Shown: positions 1 to 9,351, numbered from the stretch's first letter. The stretch: DNA of 32,000 bases from Acaryochloris thomasi RCC1774 (GCF_003231495.1 NZ_PQWO01000007.1:180001-212000), one strand, 5' to 3'. A program made the numbers and translations. Notes: generated from the sequence alone by a model not told the origin.

Positions 1-2
1 AT

Positions 3-515
3 ATCTGTATAAATTTGTCAGTCAAACAATTCTCACAGCCTGATTTAATCGAGCAGATTGATCAGGTTTTGCAGGAGACAGGACTTGAGGGGCGCTACCT
101 AAAGCTAGAAATCACAGAAAGCGCGATCATGAATAATTCGACCTCTGCCGCTGAAATTCTAGAACGGTTAAGCGATCGCAACATTCAGCTCAGTATTGAT
201 GACTTTGGCACCGGCTATTCTTCCTTGAGCTATCTTCATTATTTCCCCGTTGATACCCTCAAGGTCGATCGTTCTTTTATTAACAGCATGGCGCAGACCC
301 ATAAAACCCCTGCAATTGTGCAAGCCATCATCACCCTCGCCCATAATTTGGGGATGGACGTCGTTGCGGAAGGAATTGAAACACCTGAGCAACGCCATCG
401 CTTGGCAGAGCTAGGTTGTCAATATGGTCAGGGCTATTTATTCTCGAAGCCCGTTGACACTCAAGCCGTTGTTGGGATGCTTAGCCATCGGGATCAGATT
501 TTGCTTGGTTCTTAA
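3..515 (+). CDS. EAL-domain c-di-GMP phosphodiesterase, C-terminal fragment (5' end lies outside the window)
   Basis: The reading frame is open back to the window edge (ICINLSVKQF...), so the TTG at 15 is probably not the real start. EAL-domain blocks are present: LKLEITES, QLSIDDFGTGYSSLSYL, LKVDRSFI, VVAEGIETPEQ, GCQYGQGYLFSKP. They align block for block with the EAL half of the 15526-18213 protein. Confidence 0.9.
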   Translation: MCINLSVKQFSQPDLIEQIDQVLQETGLEGRYLKLEITESAIMNNSTSAAEILERLSDRNIQLSIDDFGTGYSSLSYLHYFPVDTLKVDRSFINSMAQTHKTPAIVQAIITLAHNLGMDVVAEGIETPEQRHRLAELGCQYGQGYLFSKPVDTQAVVGMLSHRDQILLGS

Positions 516-623
516 ACCATGACTCTCTTCGTCAGTATTCGACGTACTTGCAGTCAGAAAATTGTGGTACCTATAGATTTGAGCGGTTCTTAGATCCGCT
601 GCCCTAATCAAACCCCTCAACCT

Positions 624-1733
624 ATGACATCTGACACCTCCATTGGTATTGCTGTTGTCGGCACTGGCTTCGGTCAAAAAGTGCATATTCCAGCCTTTCA
701 AGATGCTGCAGCCACTGAAGTCGTGGCCGTCTACAACCGCGATCGTTCCAAGGCTCAGCAGGTTGCTGCTGCTCATCAGATTGACAATGCGGCTGACTCC
801 CTCGAGGAAATTGTCAGTCTGCCGGGTGTGCAAGGTGTGAGTCTTTCTACGCCTCCCTTCTTGCACTATGAGATGGCCCAAAAGATTCTTAAGGCCGGGA
901 AGCATCTGTTTCTAGAGAAGCCCACCACACTCACCGCATCTGAGGCTAAGTCTCTGCATGTTCTGGCGCAGCAACATCAGGTACAGGCAACCTTGAACTT
1001 TGAATTTAGATTTGTCCCTGCCTGGATGCATCTGAAGCACCTTTTAGACCAGACCTACGTCGGGCAAACGCGGCTGATTAAGGTTGATTGGCTTGTAGGT
1101 GGACGGGCGGATCCCCAGCGTCCCTGGAGCTGGCATGCAAGCAAAGAACTGGGTGGCGGCTCTCTAGGGGCTTTGGGTTCTCACACCTTCGACTACATTG
1201 CCTGGTTATTTGGCTCTGTTAAGCGTCTATCGGCGCAGCTGATCACCTCTATTCAGCAGAGACCTGACCCCCAGACTGGGCGGGCAAAGTCGGTGGATGC
1301 TGACGATACCTGCGTTCTGATGCTGGAGCTGATGAGTGGCACGATCTGCCAAGTGAATATCAGCGCGACTGCCTATGCCGGACGGGGGCACTGGGTTGAG
1401 GTCTATGGCGATCGCGGCACCTTGGTGCTGGGCATGAATACCCCCAACGATTATGTTCACGGTTTTGAGCTTCAGGGCAGCCAAAGCGGTGCGCCACTGG
1501 AGACGATTGAGATTCCTGATTTTCTGGAGTTTCAGCAAACCTATGATGATGGCCGTATTGCCCCCACTAAACGGGTGATCGATCACTGGGCTGAGATGAT
1601 TCAAACGGGTAAGGAAACGGCTCCCTCTCTGCGAGAGGGAGTTTATTCGCAGTTGTTAATGGACTTAGCCCATCAATCTCATCAACAGCAGTGCTGGGTC
1701 GATGTCCCGGTGCTGGAGACCTTCCTGGCGTAG
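624..1733 (+). CDS. Gfo/Idh/MocA family NAD(P)-dependent oxidoreductase
   Basis: 369-aa ORF. N-terminal Rossmann motif IGIAVVGTGFGQKVHIPAF and the family EKP motif (HLFLEKPTTLT). The C-terminal alpha/beta domain has the typical length. Confidence 0.85.
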   Translation: MTSDTSIGIAVVGTGFGQKVHIPAFQDAAATEVVAVYNRDRSKAQQVAAAHQIDNAADSLEEIVSLPGVQGVSLSTPPFLHYEMAQKILKAGKHLFLEKPTTLTASEAKSLHVLAQQHQVQATLNFEFRFVPAWMHLKHLLDQTYVGQTRLIKVDWLVGGRADPQRPWSWHASKELGGGSLGALGSHTFDYIAWLFGSVKRLSAQLITSIQQRPDPQTGRAKSVDADDTCVLMLELMSGTICQVNISATAYAGRGHWVEVYGDRGTLVLGMNTPNDYVHGFELQGSQSGAPLETIEIPDFLEFQQTYDDGRIAPTKRVIDHWAEMIQTGKETAPSLREGVYSQLLMDLAHQSHQQQCWVDVPVLETFLA

Positions 1734-1825
1734 TCTTGTGGTTCTCTGGAGCCGTTAATGGATGGCGTTGGGCCCACTGAGGGCAGACTAAGACAGAGTA
1801 TTGCCCTACCGTTTGAAGACTACCC

Positions 1826-4048
1826 ATGAGCACTGCACTGCGCCAAAGATTCCAGCAATTGAGGTTTCCTAAAACTTCGTCTCATGCTGTGGCGCTTGTG
1901 GAGGACTCCGTGGCGCTGCGCGTCAGCGTGCAGGCTTTGGTGTCGGTTGGTATCCTGGCGACGGATATGGCTGCCGCTACAGGGAACGGGCTATGGGCCA
2001 TTCCCTTGAGTTTGATGGGGGCAGCTTGGAGCTACCGCCAACGGCGTCGACGTAATCTGGGGGCCAAGATTGGTATTGCAGTGGGAATGCTGCTGGTTTT
2101 ATTCTTTTTTCTGTCTCGGCTGGTGACGCAATTGGGCGATTCACGAGTTGCCCTCGCTGAACTCTTGATTCAGCTGCAGGTTTTACATACCTTCGATATG
2201 CCTCGGCGAAAAGATCTGGGCTATTCTGCCGTGATTGGCGTTATTTTGCTGGGGGTTGCGGCGACAATCAGTGAGACGACAGCTTTTGGGGGATTTTTAC
2301 TTCTATTTTTAGCGATTGCTCTCCCGGTGTTGATGCTGGACTATCGCTCTCGCTTGGGTCTGGGAGCAGTCAAGCAGCAGATCTCCCTTGCGCCGCGCAG
2401 GCTTCTCGGGGTTCTGCTCACCGTAGTTATCCTGGGGCTAACGATTTTTGCGCTATTGCCTCGACTTCCGGGGTATCAAATCCGAACGTTTCCAGTCAGC
2501 AATCCCATTGAGTTTCAGGGACAGTTTGATGGTCAAAAGATTGTCAACCCTGGCTATGTGAAGGGCGATCCCTCTCAGGCTGGAGAAGGCGGTCAAACTT
2601 TTGCTGATGGGGCTGAAACCGGCCAGCTTGATTCTGAGTTTTACAGTGGTTTCAACCAGACCATGAACCAGAATTTGCGCGGTAGCCTGACGCCAAAGGT
2701 AGTGATGCGGGTGAGATCGCAAGCTGAGGGATTTTGGCGAGTTCTCTCCTTTGACCAATACACCGGCCAAGGCTGGACCATCTCACGCAATGACAACGTC
2801 AAGACCCTGAAGCGTCCGGCTTGGTCCTATCGCTTTTTTACGCCTCCGACAGTGGCCCAAGGTCAAAGCAAAGAGATTGTTCAAACCTATTCTATTCTGG
2901 CGGATTTCCCGAATCTGATTCCGGCCCTGAGTCAGCCTAAAGAGATTTATTTCCCTACCCGAGAGATTGCTGTTGATTTAGAGGGAAGCTTACGATCGCC
3001 CGTTCAGCTAGAGGAGGGGCTTACCTACACCGTGATTTCAGAGGTGCCCTACCGTGATCGCACCCTACTGAGCCAAGCGACCACAGACTATCCCGCAAAG
3101 ATTCAGCCCTATCTCCAGATTCCGGTTGAGATTGCCCAACCTGTGCGCCAGCAGGCAGAGGAATTACTGTCTAAGGCTGACCAGATGCCCACCTCGGCCT
3201 ATGAAAAGTCTCTGTTCCTTGCCCAGGCACTCAAGCAAAACTACACCCTCCAGCCCAATCTGCCGCCGCTAACTGACGATCAGGATTTGGTGGATGCCTT
3301 TTTGTTTCAGTATGAGGGCGGGTACCCTGATCATTTCTCCACGACGCTGACGGTGATGCTGCGCTCTTTGGGCATTCCGGCCCGGTTGACGACGGGATTT
3401 GGTTCGGGTCAGTTCAATGCTTTGACGGGCATGTACGTGGTCAAGAACACCGATGCCTATGCGATTACTGAAGTGTACTTTCCGAAGTATGGCTGGTTCG
3501 CTTTTGATCCGATTCCAGGCCATGCTTTGGTTCCGCCTTCGGTGGAGCAGAATCAGACCTTCACGGTGCTGCGTCAGTTCTGGAACTGGGTGGCAGGATG
3601 GTTGCCGTCTCCGCTCACGGGACTGCTGAGTGGTTTATTCGCCCTAATTGCGTCTGCTTTTGCTCGCCTCAGCCTTTTGAGCGGCTGGCAAGGGATTGTG
3701 ACCGGGTTGCTCTTGGTTGTGGGGCTTGTATTCGCTGGCTGGCTAGGCCGACTGCTGTGGCGTAGCTGGCGCTATCGTCGCTGGCTGTCAACGCTACCGC
3801 CAATTGTGCGGCTCTACCAGCAAATGCTGAAGCAGCTTAGGGAACGTGGTCTACCCAAGCGATCTCAACAGACACCGCAGGAATACGTCCAGCAGATTCA
3901 ACAGCAGTCTCCTGGACTAGCTGATATTGTTGCTGAAATTTCCCATGCCTATGTGGGGTGGCGTTATGGAGGACGACCGGCCAATTTGCCTTACCTGCGT
4001 CAGCAGCTCCGGGCGTTGATGAAAATGAGGTCTCGATCCGTTAAGTAG
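1826..4048 (+). CDS. TgpA-like membrane protein with a transglutaminase-like domain (DUF3488-type N-terminal TM region); catalytic residues appear substituted
   Basis: 740-aa ORF. It has several N-terminal hydrophobic helices and a C-terminal pair of TM segments. The transglutaminase-core blocks are GGYPDHFSTTLTVMLRSLGIPARLTTGF and DAYAITEVYFPKYGWFAFDP. Confidence 0.8.
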   Translation: MSTALRQRFQQLRFPKTSSHAVALVEDSVALRVSVQALVSVGILATDMAAATGNGLWAIPLSLMGAAWSYRQRRRRNLGAKIGIAVGMLLVLFFFLSRLVTQLGDSRVALAELLIQLQVLHTFDMPRRKDLGYSAVIGVILLGVAATISETTAFGGFLLLFLAIALPVLMLDYRSRLGLGAVKQQISLAPRRLLGVLLTVVILGLTIFALLPRLPGYQIRTFPVSNPIEFQGQFDGQKIVNPGYVKGDPSQAGEGGQTFADGAETGQLDSEFYSGFNQTMNQNLRGSLTPKVVMRVRSQAEGFWRVLSFDQYTGQGWTISRNDNVKTLKRPAWSYRFFTPPTVAQGQSKEIVQTYSILADFPNLIPALSQPKEIYFPTREIAVDLEGSLRSPVQLEEGLTYTVISEVPYRDRTLLSQATTDYPAKIQPYLQIPVEIAQPVRQQAEELLSKADQMPTSAYEKSLFLAQALKQNYTLQPNLPPLTDDQDLVDAFLFQYEGGYPDHFSTTLTVMLRSLGIPARLTTGFGSGQFNALTGMYVVKNTDAYAITEVYFPKYGWFAFDPIPGHALVPPSVEQNQTFTVLRQFWNWVAGWLPSPLTGLLSGLFALIASAFARLSLLSGWQGIVTGLLLVVGLVFAGWLGRLLWRSWRYRRWLSTLPPIVRLYQQMLKQLRERGLPKRSQQTPQEYVQQIQQQSPGLADIVAEISHAYVGWRYGGRPANLPYLRQQLRALMKMRSRSVK

Positions 4049-4059
4049 ATCGCACAGGG

Positions 4060-4662
4060 CTATGTTTTTTTCGCTCCGCGCTGCTTTCTGAGCTTTTTTT
4101 TCAGCCATTTCCTGGGGTAAAGAGGGGCAATGGTTTCATAGCGGGCAACAATGCCCTCTTTGCTGACCACGTAGGGGATGCCATCAGTGCTGTAGTAAGA
4201 GTCGGAAATGACGCCCACCTCTTCTGCTAATCTGGCCCAAAACTGGAAGTCGAGATCTCTTAGCTTCAGGGTTCCCTGGGAGGTGACAACGTAGGACTTG
4301 CCGATGTAGCCAGAGAGATCGTAGAACACTTGATGAATGTGCAGATCAAGTTCCTGTTCATCTTGAAACTGAGGCCGATAATAGTCCTTGATTTCGTTTT
4401 CGATGTTTAGCTCTTGCAGCCGGTCGTGCAGCGTAGCCTTATCCTTGTCGAAGTATGCTTCGCGGGCTGGACCGTCTGTTAAAAACTTAAAAATAATTGG
4501 CAGCGGCACCCCTTTAAGGGTGAGGGAAGGTGCGATCGCAACTCCAATGCCAACAACAATGGCGACACTGACTAGAACCTTTCCCCATTTTGTTGCGGAT
4601 CTGGGCTTTGATGGCATCCGTTCTCGGTCAAACCAAAACTTTACGTTTCCAAGATAGCCCAT
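4060..4662 (-). CDS. hypothetical membrane-anchored protein with a Lys/Arg-rich C-terminus
   Basis: 200-aa ORF with one N-terminal TM helix (VLVSVAIVVGIGVAIAP) and a basic tail (RKWLKKKLRKQRGAKKT). I recognise no family. It is convergent with the upstream gene with only an 11-bp gap. Confidence 0.6.
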   Translation of the reverse strand: MGYLGNVKFWFDRERMPSKPRSATKWGKVLVSVAIVVGIGVAIAPSLTLKGVPLPIIFKFLTDGPAREAYFDKDKATLHDRLQELNIENEIKDYYRPQFQDEQELDLHIHQVFYDLSGYIGKSYVVTSQGTLKLRDLDFQFWARLAEEVGVISDSYYSTDGIPYVVSKEGIVARYETIAPLYPRKWLKKKLRKQRGAKKT

Positions 4663-4736
4663 GAATTTTTGGACTGCGCTCGTTCACGCCGTTTGTAAAT
4701 AACCCCTTATGATTTGAGATAAATTGCGTACCTTAT

Positions 4737-5579
4737 ATGCTGCCTCTAACTTACCGCCCTGTTCCAGTCGCCTTAACCATTGCCGGTTCTGATAGCGGTG
4801 GTGGTGCTGGCATCCAAGCTGATTTGCGGACCTTTGCCTTCAACCAAGTACACGGCACCAGCGCGATTACCTGCGTGACGGCCCAGAATACTATGGCGGT
4901 CACGCGAGTAGATGTCTTATCCCCTGAGGCTGTGATTGCTCAAATTGAGGCAGTTGCTGAAGATATTGGCTTTGATGCTGTCAAGACTGGCATGTTGCCC
5001 AATGCTGAGATTATCTTGGCCGTTGCTCAGACTGTTCAGAAAAACAATCTTCAGACCCTGGTGGTGGATCCAGTGATGGTGTCCCGAGCTGGAGCGCGGT
5101 TGATTGATGAAGATGCGATCTCAACCCTAAAAACCCATCTAATCCCTCACGCCCTCATCCTGACCCCCAATCGCTATGAAGCCGAAATCCTCAGTGATCA
5201 GTCCATTGAGACCCTACAGGATATGAAAGCCGTCGCTATCGCCATTCACCAGCTTGGCTCTCAGTCTGTCCTCATTAAGGGCGGTGGCTGCACAGGCGAC
5301 CTGCAGGGCACCGATGTTTGGTTCGATGGTCAGCAACTTGAAGTCCTAAAGGCTGACCCTGTGCCCACTCCTAACACCCACGGTACTGGCTGTACCCTCT
5401 CCGCTGCGATTGCAGCCCAGTTAGCCCTCAGTCAACCGCCTCTCAACGCCGTTAAAGCCGCTAAAGACTACATTACCCAAGCTCTCCATCATGCTCTGCA
5501 GATTGGTCAAGGCCCCGGCCCCGTGGGTCACTGGTTTCCCCTAATCCAGGCCGCCCCCTTGCCGCCCGTAACCGAATAA
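4737..5579 (+). CDS. thiD: hydroxymethylpyrimidine/phosphomethylpyrimidine kinase
   Basis: 280-aa ORF with ThiD signatures [34 protein letters not shown] and [12 protein letters not shown]. Confidence 0.93.
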   Translation: MLPLTYRPVPVALTIAGSDSGGGAGIQADLRTFAFNQVHGTSAITCVTAQNTMAVTRVDVLSPEAVIAQIEAVAEDIGFDAVKTGMLPNAEIILAVAQTVQKNNLQTLVVDPVMVSRAGARLIDEDAISTLKTHLIPHALILTPNRYEAEILSDQSIETLQDMKAVAIAIHQLGSQSVLIKGGGCTGDLQGTDVWFDGQQLEVLKADPVPTPNTHGTGCTLSAAIAAQLALSQPPLNAVKAAKDYITQALHHALQIGQGPGPVGHWFPLIQAAPLPPVTE

Positions 5580-5615
5580 GAGACGATAGGCCCATCGCTT
5601 ACAGGGTCAGGATCG

Positions 5616-6158
5616 TTGAATATCGAATGCGACACCCGTATCCCCTTTCCCCGCCCCTTGGTTTTCCAGACCTATCGAGATCAGCTTTTAGATCTGATTC
5701 CCTACCTGCCCAACGTCCGCAGCATCGACATCAAGTCCCGACGTGACGTTCGCGGGCAGCTTTTTTGCATCAACCATTGGCACGGCGGCGGAGAGATTCC
5801 AGCCCTGGCTCGCAGCATTCTCAGTGACGATATGCTGTCCTGGACCGAGCACAATATTTGGGATTCAGACACTTATACTTTGATCTGGCGTATTGAAACC
5901 CATGCCTTTACCAAGGCCGTGAGCTGTGGTGGAGAAAATCGGTTTGTTGAAGATGGTTCCCACACCGTCGTGGAAAATCGGGGCCGTCTCGCCATCAATC
6001 CTCAGCAGCTAGAGGGCATTCCCGATCTGGTCAGAGGCCACGTTGCCTCGGTTGTAGAAAACTATCTGTCTCAGAAAATTGCGCCCAATTTACTGGAAAT
6101 GAGTCAGGGCGTCCAACAGTATCTAGAAGCTTCATCGCTATCCAGCCAAGACATCTAA
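5616..6158 (+). CDS. hypothetical protein (possibly SRPBCC-like fold; function unknown)
   Basis: 180-aa ORF from a TTG start preceded by AGGA. There is no in-frame ATG until far downstream, so the start is uncertain. Codon usage is similar to neighbouring genes. The fold suggestion is only an impression from length and beta-rich pattern. Confidence 0.6.
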   Translation: MNIECDTRIPFPRPLVFQTYRDQLLDLIPYLPNVRSIDIKSRRDVRGQLFCINHWHGGGEIPALARSILSDDMLSWTEHNIWDSDTYTLIWRIETHAFTKAVSCGGENRFVEDGSHTVVENRGRLAINPQQLEGIPDLVRGHVASVVENYLSQKIAPNLLEMSQGVQQYLEASSLSSQDI

Positions 6159-6198
6159 AAATTCTGTATTCCAGCATCAAAGTTAACTAAGGGCCGCT

Positions 6199-7284
6199 TT
6201 ACTTACGCTCAGGATGCTTATCAGCCTTCTGGCCCATTTGATTGAGCACCCTGATCATCTGGTAGAGGCGACCGTGATCACGCTGGTTAAAGTGGAAGAT
6301 CAATCGAGGCAGATGCTCCGTTGCATCTTGGGTTTGATGGGGTTGGGGCATCTGGCTTTCCTCAGGAAGGGCAGCACAGGTCTCAATCTGGCCCGAAAGC
6401 AAAATGTCGCTAAACTGCTGATTGAGGGTTGTCAATTCAGCCTCTGAAAGTGTCTGGTTGAGGCGGATCACGAAGCGGTCGCCCACATAGCGACTAGAGT
6501 GGTAGACCCGATAGAAGTCAGAAATGGCCGAGCAGGCCGTCGCCAAATCATCGGTAATCATGTATAAATTGCGATCGTCGGGATTAATGAGGCCGCGATC
6601 GGCCAGATTCTTCTTGATGTAGGCATCCCACTCTGACCAGTACGTTCCGCCGGGTTTGTCGATTAGCACCAACGGAATCGGAGCAGATTTCCCTGTTTGA
6701 ATCAACGTTAGACATTCAAAGGCTTCGTCTTGGGTTCCAAATCCCCCCGGAAAAAGTGCGATCGCATCTGTCTCCCGGAGAAAAAACAGCTTGCGGGTGA
6801 AAAAGTACTTGAAGTCAATCAGCTTGTCATTATGGGTGATGAAGGGATTTGCGCCCTGCTCAAACGGAAGTTGAATATTGAGACCAAAGGATTTTTCTGC
6901 CCCTGCCCCTTGATTCCCGGCCTCCATAATCCCACCGCCAGCTCCCGTCATTACCATGAATCCTTGCTCTACCACGCAGCGAGCAAATGCAATGGCGAGC
7001 TGATACTCTGGGCTATCTGACGGGATGCGAGCAGACCCAAAGATAGAAATCTTACGCACGTGTCGATAGGGATGAAAGGTCTCAAATCCCTTTTCTAAAT
7101 CCTGCAGCGAAGCACTAAGAATCTTCCAGTCGAGGCGATCTGCTTGCCCCGCCGCTATCTGCAGCACCGTCATCAGCGCCTGATGGATTAAATCATTGTT
7201 CTCCAAATCTGGCAGATGATCGACGAGCTTCTGCAGACGGCTATAGAGAATATCAATATCGTTTACATCAGAAAAAGAGGCCAT
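6199..7284 (-). CDS. LOG/TIGR00730-family protein with N- and C-terminal extensions (PpnN-like nucleotide 5'-monophosphate nucleosidase candidate)
   Basis: 361-aa ORF. LOG core motifs are present: ISIFGSAR, MTGAGGGIMEAGNQGA and ALFPGGFGTQDEAFE (PGGxGTxxE). About 75 extra residues at the N-terminus and about 100 at the C-terminus flank the core. Confidence 0.8.
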   Translation of the reverse strand: MASFSDVNDIDILYSRLQKLVDHLPDLENNDLIHQALMTVLQIAAGQADRLDWKILSASLQDLEKGFETFHPYRHVRKISIFGSARIPSDSPEYQLAIAFARCVVEQGFMVMTGAGGGIMEAGNQGAGAEKSFGLNIQLPFEQGANPFITHNDKLIDFKYFFTRKLFFLRETDAIALFPGGFGTQDEAFECLTLIQTGKSAPIPLVLIDKPGGTYWSEWDAYIKKNLADRGLINPDDRNLYMITDDLATACSAISDFYRVYHSSRYVGDRFVIRLNQTLSEAELTTLNQQFSDILLSGQIETCAALPEESQMPQPHQTQDATEHLPRLIFHFNQRDHGRLYQMIRVLNQMGQKADKHPERK

Positions 7285-7375
7285 AGACCTTGATCCAAAC
7301 CCTATGAGTGAACGGATTGCCGTGTGGCATCAAAGTACGGCAGACGCAGCATCCCTTGCCCAGCACCAGTCTGAC

Positions 7376-7410
7376 CTCCAAAACAAAGGGAGCCTAATAC
7401 TAGACTCCCT
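7376..7410 (-). terminator. rho-independent terminator downstream of trxA
   Basis: The minus strand reads AGGGAG-ucuaguauuagg-CUCCCU followed by UUGUUUUGG. The stem arms are at 7387-7392 and 7405-7410. It lies about 75 nt after the trxA stop. Confidence 0.7.
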
Positions 7411-7484
7411 CTATTCTTCGTGCTCACCGTAACAATTTCGGCTGGAAACTTTGAGATATCTCCAAGACCTAGTAAATACAGGGC

Positions 7485-7820
7485 TTACAAATATTTCTCA
7501 AGTGTCGTTGCTAAGGTTGTTTTTGGAACCGCGCCCACAACCATATCAACACGCTGACCTCCTTTAAAGATCATCAGAGTTGGGATGCTGCGGATGCCGT
7601 ACTGACTGGCAACCTGAGGATTCTCATCCGTATTGACTTTGAAGACTTGGATTTGACCTTCGTATTGCTCAGCAATTTCAGCAACAACAGGTCCAACCAT
7701 GCGACAAGGACCACACCAGGGAGCCCAAAAGTCTACTAATACCGGAACATCACAATCGATTACTTTCTCTTTAAACGTATCGTCCGTGACGTCCAAAACT
7801 AACTTTGAACCTTCTGACAT
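7485..7820 (-). CDS. trxA: thioredoxin
   Basis: 111-aa ORF with the WCGPC active site in [15 protein letters not shown] and full-length thioredoxin-fold conservation ([13 protein letters not shown]). Confidence 0.95.
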   Translation of the reverse strand: MSEGSKLVLDVTDDTFKEKVIDCDVPVLVDFWAPWCGPCRMVGPVVAEIAEQYEGQIQVFKVNTDENPQVASQYGIRSIPTLMIFKGGQRVDMVVGAVPKTTLATTLEKYL

Positions 7821-7924
7821 GCTTGGAGACCCTTGCGATCATTTTATCTACAGTTCTCACGATACCAGGAACTCCTGCACTTCGATGTAAATTTAGCTAT
7901 CGAATCCCGTATACAACAAAGCTA

Positions 7925-8000
7925 TATACAGGAAGCCGCCCGAACATACGCTCAGGCGGAGTGTGGTGTGAGGAGTGAACGGAAACATTTGTCTCCGCAC
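7925..8000 (-). ncRNA. yfr1: Yfr1 small regulatory RNA
   Basis: The minus strand contains ACUCCUCACAC (plus-strand GTGTGAGGAGT, 7966-7976). A 5' stem-loop CGGAGAC-AAAU-GUUUCCG spans 7980-7997. A 3' stem-loop CCGCCUGAG-CGUAUG-UUCGGGCGG has arms at 7951-7959 and 7936-7944. A -10-like TACAAT sits at 8007-8012, 7-9 nt upstream of the first stem. The locus lies in the guaB-trxA spacer. The ends are approximate. Confidence 0.75.
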
Positions 8001-8089
8001 ATATCTATTGTATGCAAGTCATCTCCGTTTGCCACGTCTTTTGCCGTAAAGTCCTATGACGAACTCCTCGTACACAGAATAAAATGGGC

Positions 8090-9277
8090 CTACTTGCCCA
8101 TTCCTAAGTGCTGAGCCTTCTGATAAACTTTTCCTTCTGTTAACAGTGAGGGAGCAATGACAACTTCCACTTGTTGCATTTCTTTGATGTCTTTCGCGCC
8201 CAACGTACCCATGCTAGTTTGCAGAGAGCCTAAAAAGTTATGGGTGCCGTCGTCGAGCTGAGCTGGCCCCTTCAGGATCTGCTCTAACGTGCCTGTCGTA
8301 CCCACGCGAATTCGGGTGCCTCGCGGCAGAACGGGGCTAGGTGTCGCCATCCCCCAGTGAAAGCCTTGACCAGGGGCTTCGCTGGCTCTGGCAAAGGGAG
8401 ATCCCATCATGACGGCATCGGCCCCGCAGGCAATACACTTACAAACATCACCGCCCGTCACCAAGCCGCCATCGGCAATAATGGGGATGTACTGACCGCT
8501 TTGTTGGTAGTAGTCATCGCGGGCTGCTGCGCAGTCAGAAATGGCGGTTGCTTGAGGAACACCGACGCCCAGTACTCCCCGAGACGTACAGGCGGCTCCT
8601 GGACCAATCCCGACCATCACACCCGCAGCACCCGCTTTGAGCAAATTAAGGGTCACGTCGTAGGTGACACAGTTGCCCATCACTACAGGAATCGGCATTT
8701 CTTGGCAAAAACCTGCTAAATCAAGAGGTGTGACCGATTCCGGTGATAGGTGGGCCGTTGAGACCACGGTTCCCTGGACAAAAAACAAGTCAGCACCGGC
8801 TTCTGCGGCAATAATGCCGTACTGACTGGCTGCAACAGGAGTGCCGCTCACTGCTGCAATACCACCCTGCTGCTTAATCTCCTGAATCCGCTGACGTACT
8901 AGCTCCGGCTTGATCGGTTCAGCATAAAGCTTTTGCATTAACGTCACAAAACCTGTGACTTCGACCTGAGCAATTTGTTTGAGAATTGGCTCTGGGTCTG
9001 CGTATCGAGTTTGAATGCCCTCTAGATTGAGGACACCCAGGGCACCAAGCTGAGAGAGCTGAACCGCCATCCTGACATCGACAACACCATCCATTGCGCT
9101 AGCAATAATGGGAATGTCTCGATGAATGCCACCAATCTCCCAACGGGTATCTGCTAATCGCGGGTCCAATGTCCGCTGTCCTGGAACCAGAGCAATCTCG
9201 TCCATGCCATAGGCGCGGCGCGCGATTTTACTCCGACCAATCTGAATATCCACTCTGTATTCCCCTTCCAGAACCAT
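8090..9277 (-). CDS. guaB: IMP dehydrogenase, short form lacking the CBS/Bateman insert
   Basis: 395-aa ORF with IMPDH barrel blocks: IPIIASAMDGV, the catalytic-loop motif VGIGPGAACTSRGVLGVGVPQATAI, IPIIADGG and GADAVMMGSPFA. No CBS pair is visible between the first two blocks, as in the roughly 390-aa cyanobacterial GuaB I recall. Confidence 0.85.
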   Translation of the reverse strand: MVLEGEYRVDIQIGRSKIARRAYGMDEIALVPGQRTLDPRLADTRWEIGGIHRDIPIIASAMDGVVDVRMAVQLSQLGALGVLNLEGIQTRYADPEPILKQIAQVEVTGFVTLMQKLYAEPIKPELVRQRIQEIKQQGGIAAVSGTPVAASQYGIIAAEAGADLFFVQGTVVSTAHLSPESVTPLDLAGFCQEMPIPVVMGNCVTYDVTLNLLKAGAAGVMVGIGPGAACTSRGVLGVGVPQATAISDCAAARDDYYQQSGQYIPIIADGGLVTGGDVCKCIACGADAVMMGSPFARASEAPGQGFHWGMATPSPVLPRGTRIRVGTTGTLEQILKGPAQLDDGTHNFLGSLQTSMGTLGAKDIKEMQQVEVVIAPSLLTEGKVYQKAQHLGMGK

Positions 9278-9351
9278 TTAGCTAGACTAGCAAAGCCCAA
9301 AATGCCCTGTCAAAAGGAGATTTATCGAGCAGCCGTTAGATTGTTATTGAC

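Noticed and set aside
4049-4062. CGCACAGGGC, a 10-nt match to the 5' part of the GEMM-I c-di-GMP riboswitch (tempting given two EAL genes in the window)
   Set aside because: The remaining riboswitch core (the GGGACGCAAAGCC-type segment and the paired helices) is absent. The site also lies in an 11-bp gap and the gene 3' ends between convergent genes, where a riboswitch would have nothing to control.
7304-7432. 42-codon plus-strand ORF in the LOG-trxA spacer
   Set aside because: It runs against both flanking genes and straight through the trxA terminator hairpin. It has no RBS and no recognisable peptide features.
7833-8114. 93-aa plus-strand ORF filling the guaB-trxA spacer
   Set aside because: It has no recognisable protein features and runs antisense to the Yfr1 element and into the guaB 3' end. 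The Yfr1 sequence and structure explain this spacer better.
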